Assembly: GCA_031425635.1 (NCBI GenBank)
Contig: JANPJT010000019.1
Location: 1 to 51,118 of the forward strand
Length of the DNA stretch: 51,118 nt
Source: Pseudomonadota bacterium
Lineage (GTDB): Bacteria; Bdellovibrionota; FAC87; UBA2466
Direction of reading: 5' to 3'
Position numbers and translations under genes: made by a program. Under the pieces are notes generated by a model that saw nothing but the letters and a program-made list of their open reading frames with translations, did not search any database and was not told the origin of the DNA. Positions 1-9,121 of this stretch are shown here, in pieces. Every line of letters begins with the position of its first letter. The stretch's first letter is position 1.

Positions 1-8
1 ACGGGTGC

Positions 9-88
9 TTTTTGTGCCTAGATTCGCCACGCCTTCTCCGCGTACAAAGAGTACGCTGTCGTCGGCCCGGCGAATCTAGCCACAAAAA
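9..88. repeat. 20-bp imperfect inverted repeat flanking a 40-nt spacer that contains its own 6-bp hairpin
   Basis: Positions 9-28 TTTTTGTGCCTAGATTCGCC pair with 69-88 GGCGAATCTAGCCACAAAAA (19/20, single C-C mismatch at 17/80). The inner hairpin is GCGTAC (40-45) / GTACGC (51-56) with loop AAAGA. It lies immediately downstream of the rimM stop on the minus strand. Confidence 0.7.
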
Positions 89-128
89 TCTCCACGCGGT
101 CTGAGTTATCCACATAAAGGTAAAGCCC

Positions 129-641
129 CTAGCGCAAGAGTTCTGCATCGCGAATCCAAATCGATTGGGCGCCAAGGTCAACGCGCGCAACCCACCGTTC
201 AGCAGCAGGGACTGCAAACGATTTCGTTCCCTCTTGGACCCACCACCTGTCGACGCTTCCGCCACCGACGGCCTCTACTTCGAAAACGGTTCCGAGCAGC
301 GATTTGGTTTCGTCACAAAAGACTTTTAGGCCAACGAGATCGTCAACGTAGTACTCGCCTAACCGAGTTGGTTCGAGAGCTTCCCTTTGAATGTAGATGG
401 TTTTGCCCCGCGCGGCTTTCACGGCCTCATCGCTATCAATGCCTTCAAGTTTAAGCCGGGTGCCTTTCGGCATCCAAGTACTTTGGGTGAGCGGGAGTTC
501 CGTTGCTGTGGATGGCGACGTCCCCAAGAAGACGGATTTCAAATCCTCGGGAAGCTCATCCGCTCCGCGCCCTCTTTGCAAAATGAAAGCGCCTTTGTAC
601 CCGTGCGCTTTGCCAACCTGACCTACTTGGACGAGTTTCAT
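129..641 (-). CDS. rimM: 16S rRNA processing protein RimM
   Basis: 170 aa. The N-terminus VGQVGKAHGYKGAFIL is typical of RimM. It sits in the conserved rpsP-KH-rimM gene order and directly abuts the KH gene (641/642). Confidence 0.85.
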   Translation of the reverse strand: MKLVQVGQVGKAHGYKGAFILQRGRGADELPEDLKSVFLGTSPSTATELPLTQSTWMPKGTRLKLEGIDSDEAVKAARGKTIYIQREALEPTRLGEYYVDDLVGLKVFCDETKSLLGTVFEVEAVGGGSVDRWWVQEGTKSFAVPAAERWVARVDLGAQSIWIRDAELLR

Positions 642-881
642 TTATTCCAAGATTTCCAAGACGGACCGCTTCTTCAGCTTGGTGGACACTGCCGCTAGGA
701 TGGTTCGAAGCGAACGAGCAGTCCGGCCCTCTTTGCCAATCACTTTGCCCAAGTCTTCTTTGGCGACTTTGAGCTCGATGACCGTGGTTTGTTCCCCTTC
801 CACTTCCGAAACGTGGACGTGCTCGGGAAAATCTACGAGGGCTTTTGCCATGACCTCCACTAGATGCCTTAGCTCTTCCAC
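642..881 (-). CDS. KH-domain RNA-binding protein (YlqC/UPF0109 family)
   Basis: 79 aa with a [18 protein letters not shown]-type GxxG motif. It sits between rpsP and rimM as in many bacteria. Confidence 0.85.
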   Translation of the reverse strand: MEELRHLVEVMAKALVDFPEHVHVSEVEGEQTTVIELKVAKEDLGKVIGKEGRTARSLRTILAAVSTKLKKRSVLEILE

Positions 882-917
882 TCGCTTCTCTCTCCGAAGC
901 CCCTTGGGGTTAAGGGC

Positions 918-1214
918 CTATGCTTCTTGGGCCTTAGCAGCCGCTGCTGTCGAATGCGGCTCTTTAGCGACTCCCAGCTTTCGGGATTTCTTAACCTGGT
1001 TTTCTACCGAAGCCGACATTTGAGCCCCTTTAGACACCCAGTACGTCAGTTTTTCGCTGCTGATAATCAGCGAGGCATCGCCCTTAAGGGGGTCGAAAGT
1101 CCCAATTCTATCAATGAAACGACCGTCACGAGGGGCGGTTTTGTCTTGGACCACAATGCGATAAAAAGGTTTCTTTTTGCTGCCGTGGCGGGAATATCGA
1201 ATAACCGTAGCCAT
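918..1214 (-). CDS. rpsP: 30S ribosomal protein S16
   Basis: 98 aa. MATVIRYSRHGSKKKPFYRIVVQDKTAPRDGRFIDRIGTFDP is a canonical S16 N-terminus, followed by a short Ala/Lys-rich tail. Confidence 0.95.
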   Translation of the reverse strand: MATVIRYSRHGSKKKPFYRIVVQDKTAPRDGRFIDRIGTFDPLKGDASLIISSEKLTYWVSKGAQMSASVENQVKKSRKLGVAKEPHSTAAAAKAQEA

Positions 1215-1261
1215 TTGTCTTTACGTCTCCTAGAGCTATCACCAATTAAAACAGACCAGTC

Positions 1262-2590
1262 CTACCACATGCGACCCCGTTTTCCCATAGGGGATTTTGC
1301 CATGCGAGTCATCATCTTACGGGCTTCCATGAACTGTTTTACCAACCGGTTCACGTCTTGGACCTCGGTCCCGCTGCCCTGAGCAATGCGTTTCCTGCGG
1401 CTCCCGTCGAGAAGGTCGTGGTCGATGCGTTCTTTGGGCGTCATCGACAGGATAATTGCCTCAATCTTTTTTAGCTCCGCATCCGGGGGGGTCATCCCTT
1501 GGAGCTGCTTGGACATTTGTCCCATTCCGGGAAGGAACTTCATAAGGTTCTCGAAGGAGCCCATTTTCTTAATCTGTTGTAAATGGGTGAAGAAGTCCGC
1601 CAAAGTGAAGTCATTTTTTTTCAGCTTTTTGGCGGTTTTGAGGCTCTCAGCCGGATCGAGTGTGTTTTGGGCTTTTTCCGCCAGTGAAAGTAAGTCACCC
1701 ATGTCCAAGATGCGGGATGCAATTCGGTCCGGGTGAAAGATTTCGAGGTCCGTGACCTTCTCTCCGGTGCCCATCAACTTGATGGGGCACCCAGTCACCG
1801 CCCGAACCGAAAGTGCTGCCCCGCCTCGGCTGTCTCCATCCAGCTTTGTCAGCACAATCCCCGTGAGATCGAGCCTCTTCTGGAAAGATTCAGCGACTGC
1901 GACGGCGTCCTGCCCGCTCATTGAATCGACTACTAAAAGGATTTCGGCCGGGCTAAAAGCTGAAGCGAGTTCTTCGAGTTCCCCCATCATGGATTCATCG
2001 ATGTGCAAACGCCCGGCGGTATCCAGCAAAAGCACTTCGGCGTTTTGACGGATCGCTTCTTCTTGGGCAAGCAAGGCACGCGCCCGTACGGAGTCTGTCA
2101 GGGGGCTCTCGAAAACGTCTACCCCCAGGGGCTCAGCCATCACCTTAAGCTGCTCGATGGCGGCAGGGCGATAAACGTCCATCGAGGCCACGAGCACACG
2201 TTTTTTCAGCTGTTCCTTTAAGTACTTTGCGATCTTCGCGGTCGTCGTGGTTTTCCCGGTCCCTTGGAGGCCTACGACCATAAAAACGGCAGGAGGGCGA
2301 ACCTTGAAGTTCAAGGGAACGGCCTTGCCGCCCATCACGGTTGCAAGTTCCTCGTAAACGATGCGAATAAATTGCTGTTCGGGCGAAACGCTTTTTTGGA
2401 CCTCGGTCCCTAAGCTGCGGCTCCGCACTTGCTGGACAAAGTCTTTTACGACTTTCACGTTCACATCGGCTTCGATGAGCGAAGTCCGAACCTGTCGGCA
2501 CGCTTCATCGACGAGCTCTTCGGTAAGGCGATTTTTTCCGGAAACGACACGCAGGGTTTGGATGAGCTTTTCTGTCAGTGATTCAAACAT
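1262..2590 (-). CDS. ffh: Signal recognition particle protein Ffh
   Basis: 442 aa. GTPase motifs GLQGTGKTTT, DTAGR and TKLDGD are present, and there is a Met-rich M domain at the C-terminus (MGSFENLMKFLPGMGQM). Confidence 0.97.
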   Translation of the reverse strand: MFESLTEKLIQTLRVVSGKNRLTEELVDEACRQVRTSLIEADVNVKVVKDFVQQVRSRSLGTEVQKSVSPEQQFIRIVYEELATVMGGKAVPLNFKVRPPAVFMVVGLQGTGKTTTTAKIAKYLKEQLKKRVLVASMDVYRPAAIEQLKVMAEPLGVDVFESPLTDSVRARALLAQEEAIRQNAEVLLLDTAGRLHIDESMMGELEELASAFSPAEILLVVDSMSGQDAVAVAESFQKRLDLTGIVLTKLDGDSRGGAALSVRAVTGCPIKLMGTGEKVTDLEIFHPDRIASRILDMGDLLSLAEKAQNTLDPAESLKTAKKLKKNDFTLADFFTHLQQIKKMGSFENLMKFLPGMGQMSKQLQGMTPPDAELKKIEAIILSMTPKERIDHDLLDGSRRKRIAQGSGTEVQDVNRLVKQFMEARKMMTRMAKSPMGKRGRMW

Positions 2591-2860
2591 AGAGACATTC
2601 TTTTACTGAAAGAGAGCGGTCCGGGGAAGGCCTTCTTCACAAACGCGCATCGAAATATTCCTTCCCAATAACGAGCTTAAACAACCTGCGCTCAGGCGCG
2701 GTGGGGTAAGCGATGGGAGCGTGTCCCGTTCCCGTGAAGGGAGGTTTGCTAAAAAGCCGCGTTTTTGCGATTTCGGGCGCCGGTAGCAATCGGTTCCAAG
2801 TCGTTTGAAGTAGGGGTGCCATCGACAAGCTTAGAACATGTCACTAGGTCGGAAAATACT

Positions 2861-2892
2861 AAGGGGCGGCCCTCTCACGAGGACCGCCCCTT
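2861..2892 (-). terminator. Strong GC hairpin, probable intrinsic terminator for the upstream minus-strand membrane-protein gene
   Basis: AAGGGGCGG(C)CCTC tcac GAGG(A)CCGCCCCTT forms a 13-bp stem with one C-A mismatch. On the minus strand it is followed by AGUAUUUUCC. A second hairpin lies at 2908-2934 (TTACGTCCCC / GGGAACGTAA, 9 of 10 positions paired). Confidence 0.45.
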
Positions 2893-3063
2893 ACATGGGT
2901 TGGGGGTTTACGTCCCCTTGGGGAGGGAACGTAAGATGTTAAGATCTGAAAGCTTTTGAGTGGTCACCGTTTGTGAGTCACTGCAACGGAGAGTTAAGTA
3001 CTCATATCGCGGATCGAAAGCAAGAGAAAAAAAACTAATTTCCGAATGTGCTTAAATTTTTTT

Positions 3064-3786
3064 TTAACGGGCTTCTGTACTGCTGAGCTTTAAAAACCAA
3101 ACCACCAGGACGCAGTTTGCAAAGGCCGTAAAAGAAAGTGAAAGAAACATTTTGGTGAGGACCGTAAGACTAGCGCTAAGCCACGGGATCCCCAGGTTCG
3201 AAATTCCTAGCCCTTCGACGACTCCATCTTGCGCGTATTCCATGCTGAAAGCGATGAGCGCTATCGACGTGGTGAAAAACAAAAGTCGCCAGAAATCCTT
3301 TTTCACCATTTCTGTTGAATCACTCAGCGTTTGAAATACGCCGCCGTCGGGCCGCTGAACGGCAAGAAAAGGCACAAAGCAGTAAATGGTCAAAAAGTAG
3401 AACCCCGGCAGGATAAGCAAAATCCCCAAGGTAGTTGCCGCGGCCGTCACTAAGCTTGCGAACACCAAGGGCCTAAGCGCCCGAATAACGCTGCGCGTAG
3501 ATTCCCTCAGAGAGTGTTTTTCATTTGGTGACGCCAAGTAGCCATACGTCGCTGCAGTAGAAAAGGCCGCGCACACCCAAGTAATAGGGAGGAGCAGTAG
3601 CGCGATCCAAAATTCTCCTGAGACTTTCGCTGTCTGAAGCCAGTGGAGTGGGAACTCAAGTAGCCATTCGGGAACCTGGAGCAAAAGAAGCGCAAAAGGG
3701 TTTTTCAGGAGATTACGGAATCCAGAAGCAAGTAATTGAAGCACGGCTAATTTTATAGTGAAAGTGGAGACGCTGTATAGCGTCAA
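3064..3786 (-). CDS. Hypothetical polytopic inner-membrane protein
   Basis: 240 aa with several long hydrophobic segments (e.g. FWIALLLLPITWVCAAF, LGILLILPGFYFLTIYCFVPFLAV). No recognisable catalytic motif. Confidence 0.6.
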   Translation of the reverse strand: MTLYSVSTFTIKLAVLQLLASGFRNLLKNPFALLLLQVPEWLLEFPLHWLQTAKVSGEFWIALLLLPITWVCAAFSTAATYGYLASPNEKHSLRESTRSVIRALRPLVFASLVTAAATTLGILLILPGFYFLTIYCFVPFLAVQRPDGGVFQTLSDSTEMVKKDFWRLLFFTTSIALIAFSMEYAQDGVVEGLGISNLGIPWLSASLTVLTKMFLSLSFTAFANCVLVVWFLKLSSTEAR

Positions 3787-3861
3787 ATGTGGGCTTGTTT
3801 GTTCGGCGAGTTAACGGAAAAAGTGCATCGATTCGGAGACAGTTCGGCACTTTTTAGGGCT

Positions 3862-5040
3862 CTAGAAAGTTTGGCCAAACTCCGCGAAAACCCCGCTCTG
3901 ATCGCGAGCGAAGCCGACGTCGATCCGGATCTGGCTGATCCAATCCGGCGGGATGCCGATGCGAAGGCCTAACCCGTAACACATCTTGGGAGAAGTGAAG
4001 TCGCGGTCCGAAATATCGCCAAAACCTAGCGAAAGAGCACCGCCAATCATGCGCCAGACAGGTACCCGCAGCTCGGTTTGCTGCAAGTAATACCGATTTC
4101 CACGAAATCGGTTTTCAAGGTACCCGCGCATTTTCCCCGCCCCGCCAAATCGGTATCGGTACGCGAAGGGCACATCTCCCTCACTGATGCCCCCCGCCAC
4201 TTGAAACGCAGCGACCACGCCCGGGAAAAAATCTCCCATCACGTCTTTGTAGACTACGAAGCTGCCCTCAAGTTGAGTAAACGCCTTTTGGCTGGGGGAA
4301 TTGACGACGGGAAAGGATTGGGCGACCTCTGCCATCAAAACGACTCCATCGTTTGAGCGGGTTTTGTCCTTTCTTGAGTCGAGCTTAAGCGTCACGCCTA
4401 CGGCGCCGACGTTTTGATCGGGCGCGACTCGCGGGTACGGGCCGGTGGGGGAGGAGCCCTCTCGGCGTCCCCGCAATTCCGTAAACGCCCCCAGGCTGAA
4501 CTGGTCGGTCATCTGGTGGCTCAGCTGAAGGCGGGTGGAGTAGCGGTCGCCCCAGAGAAGCTGGTAGTTGGAGGGCAACGTTTCGCCGCCGTCACCGTAG
4601 TAGGCTTCAAACCCCTTCATTCCGGCCAAGCGGACTTCGTAATTCCATCGTTTGGAGAACTGGTGGTTAGCGCGGGCGTGGAATTGGTATACCCCGCTGA
4701 AGTTGGTATTCGCGTCGATGGAAAAACTAAGCGCGCTATCGACGTAAAAATAGGCTGCGCCTACGACGAAGTTATAGGTTGGGTCGTAGCCCACTACGGG
4801 AGCCAGAGAATGGCCGTTTTCGGCCTTTTTTTCACCAAACTCTGAATAATACCCTTGGTCGGTTTCGGCTGCGGGCGTGGCGGGCGGGGACTCCACAGCG
4901 GCCTGGGCGAGCTGGGCAACGAGCCACGCACAAATAAAGAAGGGAGTCACCGTTTTCTGGTGCCGCGCCCACGGTCCTCGTGCGAGCATGCTCTGCAGGT
5001 AGAATACTTGTTTTGCCGATCCATTGACTCGTTTTGGCAT
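3862..5040 (-). CDS. Omp85/BamA-family outer-membrane beta-barrel (bacterial surface antigen domain) with no apparent POTRA repeats
   Basis: 392 aa. The C-terminal region GGAGKMRGYLENRFRGNRYYLQQTELRVP...GLGLRIG...IRIDVGFA...FAEFGQTF ends in Phe, as in Omp85 barrels. There is a hydrophobic signal-like segment (FFICAWLVAQLAQAAV). The true start may be an internal Met. Confidence 0.75.
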   Translation of the reverse strand: MPKRVNGSAKQVFYLQSMLARGPWARHQKTVTPFFICAWLVAQLAQAAVESPPATPAAETDQGYYSEFGEKKAENGHSLAPVVGYDPTYNFVVGAAYFYVDSALSFSIDANTNFSGVYQFHARANHQFSKRWNYEVRLAGMKGFEAYYGDGGETLPSNYQLLWGDRYSTRLQLSHQMTDQFSLGAFTELRGRREGSSPTGPYPRVAPDQNVGAVGVTLKLDSRKDKTRSNDGVVLMAEVAQSFPVVNSPSQKAFTQLEGSFVVYKDVMGDFFPGVVAAFQVAGGISEGDVPFAYRYRFGGAGKMRGYLENRFRGNRYYLQQTELRVPVWRMIGGALSLGFGDISDRDFTSPKMCYGLGLRIGIPPDWISQIRIDVGFARDQSGVFAEFGQTF

Positions 5041-5058
5041 ACAACCCTCTCATCCTCT

Positions 5059-5088
5059 AAAAAAAGCGGCCTGCGGATTGCAAGGCCG
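5059..5088 (-). terminator. Terminator-like hairpin plus U-run on the minus strand, 19 nt upstream of the Omp85 start
   Basis: Stem CGGCCT (5067-5072) / AGGCCG (5083-5088). A run of 7 A on the plus strand (5059-5065) gives 7 U after the hairpin on the minus-strand RNA. Confidence 0.35.
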
Positions 5089-5117
5089 ATTGAGTGCAAA
5101 CTAAAAATGGAGGACTT

Positions 5118-5396
5118 ATGAAACAATCTTCGATGCCCGCTCTAGTTATCGCTCTATCATTGGCCGCGGTCTGTTCGCTAGCTACAATTGCAAATGACAA
5201 CGAGACAACCTCAACGTCGAATACGACCAAAAATCCCCTCACCGGAACTGTGAAAACTGAAAAAACCGCAAAGCACAAACGTACTCATGGGGATGGGTCT
5301 GTATCAGAAAAGAACGCTAAGGATACAGTGAAATATAAGACCAATGGCGAGGTCGAGGCGAAAAAAACCGAAGAGTCGGTGGATTCTCCGAAATAG
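5118..5396 (+). CDS. Small secreted Thr/Lys/Glu-rich protein of unknown function
   Basis: 92 aa from the ATG at 5118, preceded by GGAGG 5 nt upstream. Signal peptide MKQSSMPALVIALSLAAVCSLATIA. The mature part is low complexity. Confidence 0.55.
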   Translation: MKQSSMPALVIALSLAAVCSLATIANDNETTSTSNTTKNPLTGTVKTEKTAKHKRTHGDGSVSEKNAKDTVKYKTNGEVEAKKTEESVDSPK

Positions 5397-5527
5397 AGGA
5401 GAAAGCCCCATTCTTTCGTAAAAGGGCTGTGTCGAGCCAGCGCCGCGAGGCTTAGCGTCCAAATTGCTGAGCAGAAACGAGCGCTGGCCCGATCACCTGT
5501 CGGTGGCTATGGTATTAGCTTGCGAGT

Positions 5528-5950
5528 TTATTGGGCTGATTGGGTCGCGATGGCTATCTTCTCGGCGCCCGCATTCCGAGCAGCATCCATAACCTGAACC
5601 GCTTTGCCAAGGATGATGCCTTCGTCTCCACGGATGACTACGGCCTTGTTGTCTGTTTTATCAAGCGCTTCTTTGAGAATCTGCGCGAGAGAAGCTTCCG
5701 TTGCCGGGAGTTCATTCACCAAAATGCCGCCATCTTTGTTCACAGTGACATAAATGGGTTTTCCATTTTCGGTTTGGCTAATCGACGAAGTCTTTGCGGA
5801 CGGAAGCTTAACGTTCATTCCACTCTCAAGCATGGCCGAGCTCGAGATCATAAAGATGATTAATAGAACCAGAAAAATGTCAGTGAGCGGAGTGATGTTG
5901 ATTTCGGCAACAATAGCTTCATCTTCAGTTTCCGAAAAACGCATCGCCAT
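5528..5950 (-). CDS. exbD: ExbD/TolR-family biopolymer transport protein
   Basis: 140 aa. INITPLTDIFLVLLIIFMI is the ExbD/TolR TM signature with the conserved Asp, followed by a periplasmic domain. Confidence 0.88.
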   Translation of the reverse strand: MAMRFSETEDEAIVAEINITPLTDIFLVLLIIFMISSSAMLESGMNVKLPSAKTSSISQTENGKPIYVTVNKDGGILVNELPATEASLAQILKEALDKTDNKAVVIRGDEGIILGKAVQVMDAARNAGAEKIAIATQSAQ

Positions 5951-5961
5951 ACGGGTTCCCT

Positions 5962-6621
5962 CTAACTTCTTGCTTTCTTGCCGTCGGTGAAACTGGCGTC
6001 GATGAGCTCGTCTAAAGTGATTCTGAAGGAGATCATCATCTGGTTCGCTGCTGTTGTGAAAATATTGTAAGCAAAGAGCGCGATGATCGCGACTACTAGG
6101 CCCGCCGCCGTGGCTATCAGCGCTTCCGAAATACCGGCCGAAACGACACTAAAACCACCTGTCCCCTTATTCGCCATTTCGTGGAACGCGCGAATGATAC
6201 CGACCACGGTTCCCAGTAGCCCGATGAAGGGGCTAGCGCTACCAATCGTCCCAAGAACCCAAAGATTGCGCTTTAAGTGCACTGCCATTTTTGCTTTGTT
6301 GCGCTCCGTGACGCGTTCGGCGGCTTCTCGCGTTTTTCCGGTGTCTACAGTGCTTAAAAAAATCTCTCCCAGTTCTTTCTTCTCAGAAAGGCAAATTTGG
6401 CGTGCAGCGCCAGGATCCCCAGCTTCCAAACTTCGGAGAAGAGACTGTGTGATCCGCAACACTCTCGGCCGAATGAGCAAGAGGACCAGTGCCCGCTCAA
6501 GCACAATGGCCCAAGTGACCACTGATAGGATAAGCAGCGGCCACATGACCCAACCGCCCTGTAAAAACATTTCGCCGAGGCTTTTGCCCATCGTGACTCT
6601 CCGTAGACCAAACCCTCTCAT
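5962..6621 (-). CDS. exbB: MotA/TolQ/ExbB-family proton channel protein
   Basis: 219 aa. GSASPFIGLLGTVVGIIRAF and GISEALIATAAGLVVAI are signature TolQ/ExbB TM2/TM3 segments. An alternative start is at Met11 (6591). Confidence 0.9.
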   Translation of the reverse strand: MRGFGLRRVTMGKSLGEMFLQGGWVMWPLLILSVVTWAIVLERALVLLLIRPRVLRITQSLLRSLEAGDPGAARQICLSEKKELGEIFLSTVDTGKTREAAERVTERNKAKMAVHLKRNLWVLGTIGSASPFIGLLGTVVGIIRAFHEMANKGTGGFSVVSAGISEALIATAAGLVVAIIALFAYNIFTTAANQMMISFRITLDELIDASFTDGKKARS

Positions 6622-6648
6622 ACCCGCCCCGAAACTTCGAGAAAGTTT

Positions 6649-7407
6649 TCAGGGCTCAAAAGGATAAAAGTAAGCTAAAAGCGGTTCTCGAAAGAACAGA
6701 TAAACCAGAGCGGCCCCCGCCAAAAAAGGCCCAAAGGGTATCGCCGCTTTTGAATTGGCTTTGCCAGCGAGCATCAGGCCCAGGCCGACAATAGACCCGC
6801 TAAGAGTGGAAAGGATGACAAGGATTAAAACACTTTCTGCCCCGAACCAGGCGCCCAGCATGGCCAGCAACTTGATGTCGCCCCCCCCTAAACCCTCTTG
6901 TTTGGCTACCTTTTCGTAAAGGTAAGCGACGCAGAAGAACACCCCGCCACCCGCTAGCACCCCTAACAAAGAGGATTGCCAGCTAACATCTCCGGTCGCA
7001 AAGCTCGCGAGGAAGCCCAGCACAATGCCCGAAAGGCTTAGCTCGTCGGGGATAATCTGGTGGTGGTAATCAATCACGGAAATAATCAGCAAAAAAGAAC
7101 CCAGCGTTGCATACGAGGCGAACTGGGGACCCATCCCGAACTTGAGAAAAAGAGCAACGAAAAGGATCCCTGCACTTGCTTCCACCAATGGGTACTGTAG
7201 TGAAAGACCCTTGCCGCAGCATCTCGTTTTTCCTCCCAAGATTGCGTAGCTTAGTAGCGGGATGTTTAAATACGCCGGGACTGTTTTGCCGCAGTGCCGA
7301 CAGAGGGACCGACCTTTGGCGATGGGCTTATCCTCGGGAAGTCGGAAAATAACGACATTGAAGAAAGAGCCCAAAAGACAGCCAAAAAAGAACGCTAAAA
7401 AAATCAT
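6649..7407 (-). CDS. pilD: Prepilin peptidase (A24 family, PilD-like)
   Basis: 252 aa. There is a Cys cluster CRHCGK...RCCGK, an IPDELS first catalytic Asp region and a GGGDIKLLAMLGAWFG second Asp motif. Confidence 0.9.
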   Translation of the reverse strand: MIFLAFFFGCLLGSFFNVVIFRLPEDKPIAKGRSLCRHCGKTVPAYLNIPLLSYAILGGKTRCCGKGLSLQYPLVEASAGILFVALFLKFGMGPQFASYATLGSFLLIISVIDYHHQIIPDELSLSGIVLGFLASFATGDVSWQSSLLGVLAGGGVFFCVAYLYEKVAKQEGLGGGDIKLLAMLGAWFGAESVLILVILSTLSGSIVGLGLMLAGKANSKAAIPFGPFLAGAALVYLFFREPLLAYFYPFEP

Positions 7408-8168
7408 GTGAGGATGTCTTTTCGCTCAAAGCACAAGGCTGCAAGCACTAGGTAAAAACAAAAGCAGACTGCTGCGTAAACAGTGGCCCAGCCGAACTCA
7501 GTCCACGAAATGCTTTGGCCGTAGGAAGCGAGTTGTTTCATGTTGAAAACTTCGAGATCGGGAATAAAACTCCGGATCGAATTCCAAATAAAAAGCTCAT
7601 CCGGTTTTCTTAAGTTGCTGCCCACCAAATCGCGCGTGTGGCCGAGCGCAAAAAGGCCGAGGCTCAAGATGGCTGTGGTAATACTCCCGGTGTTCACGGC
7701 GAAAAAGTAGGTCATTGCAGTGAGTACTGCGACTTCGCAAGCGATCAGGGCGGTGGTTTGAATAGTTGCTTTGGTCGCGATGTCGGCACCATAGCGACTG
7801 GAAATGGCAATGGTCAGCGCCCCCATCAGGAAAGTCAGCAGAGTCTGCATCCCAATTTGCCCAAGGCATTTTCCCGCAAGAAAGGTGGTTCGTGAAATGG
7901 GTTTAGACAACGTCATCGATATGGATCCCGAGGTCAGTTCCTTCTGAAAAAGACTAATCCCCATGAATACTGCGAAAAGGGCCATCGACAGATGGGTGCA
8001 CCCTAGCATGAAGTCCAAAGTGAGTTTTGCTTGCTCTGCATAAGTGAGCTGCCCCAGCAACAAACTGAAAACGAGCGAGGCCGCCGTAAAGGACGCCAGA
8101 ATATAGAATATCTTTTCGTGCAGCAGCTCTCGAACCGCAATCCATGCGATGCGCAACGTATTCATCAC
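7404..8168 (-). CDS. ABC-2 type transporter permease
   Basis: 254 aa with six hydrophobic spans. Its stop overlaps the pilD start (ATGA at 7404-7407), and its start overlaps the ATPase stop. Confidence 0.75.
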   Translation of the reverse strand: MMNTLRIAWIAVRELLHEKIFYILASFTAASLVFSLLLGQLTYAEQAKLTLDFMLGCTHLSMALFAVFMGISLFQKELTSGSISMTLSKPISRTTFLAGKCLGQIGMQTLLTFLMGALTIAISSRYGADIATKATIQTTALIACEVAVLTAMTYFFAVNTGSITTAILSLGLFALGHTRDLVGSNLRKPDELFIWNSIRSFIPDLEVFNMKQLASYGQSISWTEFGWATVYAAVCFCFYLVLAALCFERKDILT

Positions 8169-9121
8169 GGTGTTGCTCCTTTGGAAATGAGTGAGGAAAG
8201 TTGGACACGGTCAGAAAAAAGCGCTTCCTCTAGACCCTGTCGCTTGGAATTTAGGCTAACGACTTTGGCTCCAGCCTTTTTGATCCCTTCCAATATCTCC
8301 GTCAGCGCTTCGGTGCCTTTCACGGAAAACGTAGTTCCTAGCGGCGAATTTTCAAAAGCGCTTCCGGCCAGAAATTGATTGCGCGAAGCCGCCGAAAGCT
8401 CGGTAGTAGTCACTTCGTAATGCTCGCAATCTTGATCTAAGAGCTCTCGAATGGGGCAAAAGACTTCAAGCTTTCCTTTTTTTAGGAGCGCCACAAAGCT
8501 GCACAGGCTTTCCACGTCGGAAAGAATGTGGGTAGTGAAGAAGATGGTCGTCTCCTTCATCTCAGTGTGCAGGCGCCCGATCAACTCTCGGATTTCAATT
8601 CGGCCGAGCGGGTCGAGCCCACTCATCGGCTCATCAAAAACGAGGATTCGAGGTCGATTCAAAATCGATTGCGCGATGGCTAGCCTCTGGGTCATGCCCT
8701 TACTGTAGCCCTGTACGCGTTCTGCACCGGCTTTTCCGAGGCCCACCACTTCAAGCAGTTCGTCCGTCCGAGTGTGTAGCGTTTTGCCGTCCATCCCGTA
8801 CAGTTTGCCGAAATATAAGAGGATGTCTTTGCCCGTCAGAAACCTTTGGAACCGAGGGTTTTCAGGGAGGTACCCCAAAAGCGCTCGGGAAGCGCGAGTG
8901 CCGGACCTGACCCCGCACACCCGAATTTCCCCTTTTGTCGGTCGTAGGAACCCCAAGAGCATTTTTAATGTGGTGGATTTCCCGGAGCCATTTGCCCCCA
9001 AAAGCCCGATCACTTCGCCTTTGGGGATTTCCAGGGTCAGGTTATCGACCGCGGTCTTGGTTCTAAATAAACCGGTGGGGAAAACTTTGGTTAACTGCGT
9101 TATCGTGATTTCTGCCTTCAT
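8165..9121 (-). CDS. ABC transporter ATP-binding protein
   Basis: 318 aa. Walker A GANGSGKST, signature YSKGMTQRL, Walker B ILVFDEPMSGLD and an H-loop TTHIL. Confidence 0.95.
   Translation of the reverse strand: MKAEITITQLTKVFPTGLFRTKTAVDNLTLEIPKGEVIGLLGANGSGKSTTLKMLLGFLRPTKGEIRVCGVRSGTRASRALLGYLPENPRFQRFLTGKDILLYFGKLYGMDGKTLHTRTDELLEVVGLGKAGAERVQGYSKGMTQRLAIAQSILNRPRILVFDEPMSGLDPLGRIEIRELIGRLHTEMKETTIFFTTHILSDVESLCSFVALLKKGKLEVFCPIRELLDQDCEHYEVTTTELSAASRNQFLAGSAFENSPLGTTFSVKGTEALTEILEGIKKAGAKVVSLNSKRQGLEEALFSDRVQLSSLISKGATP

Noticed and set aside
2618-2632. SRP (4.5S) RNA apical motif next to ffh
   Set aside because: GGTCCGGGGAAGGCC differs from the conserved GGUCCGGAAGGAAGCAGC core, and no surrounding long helix could be drawn.
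2637-2959. 63-aa (minus) and 64-aa (plus) ORFs in the ffh upstream gap
   Set aside because: There is no RBS, no recognisable motif, and the composition is atypical. They were left unannotated and the region is flagged as non-coding.
5057-5278. Minus-strand 73-aa ORF as an alternative to the small plus-strand secreted protein
   Set aside because: The plus-strand ORF has a GGAGG Shine-Dalgarno sequence at correct spacing and a clean signal peptide. The minus ORF lacks both and runs through the hairpin.
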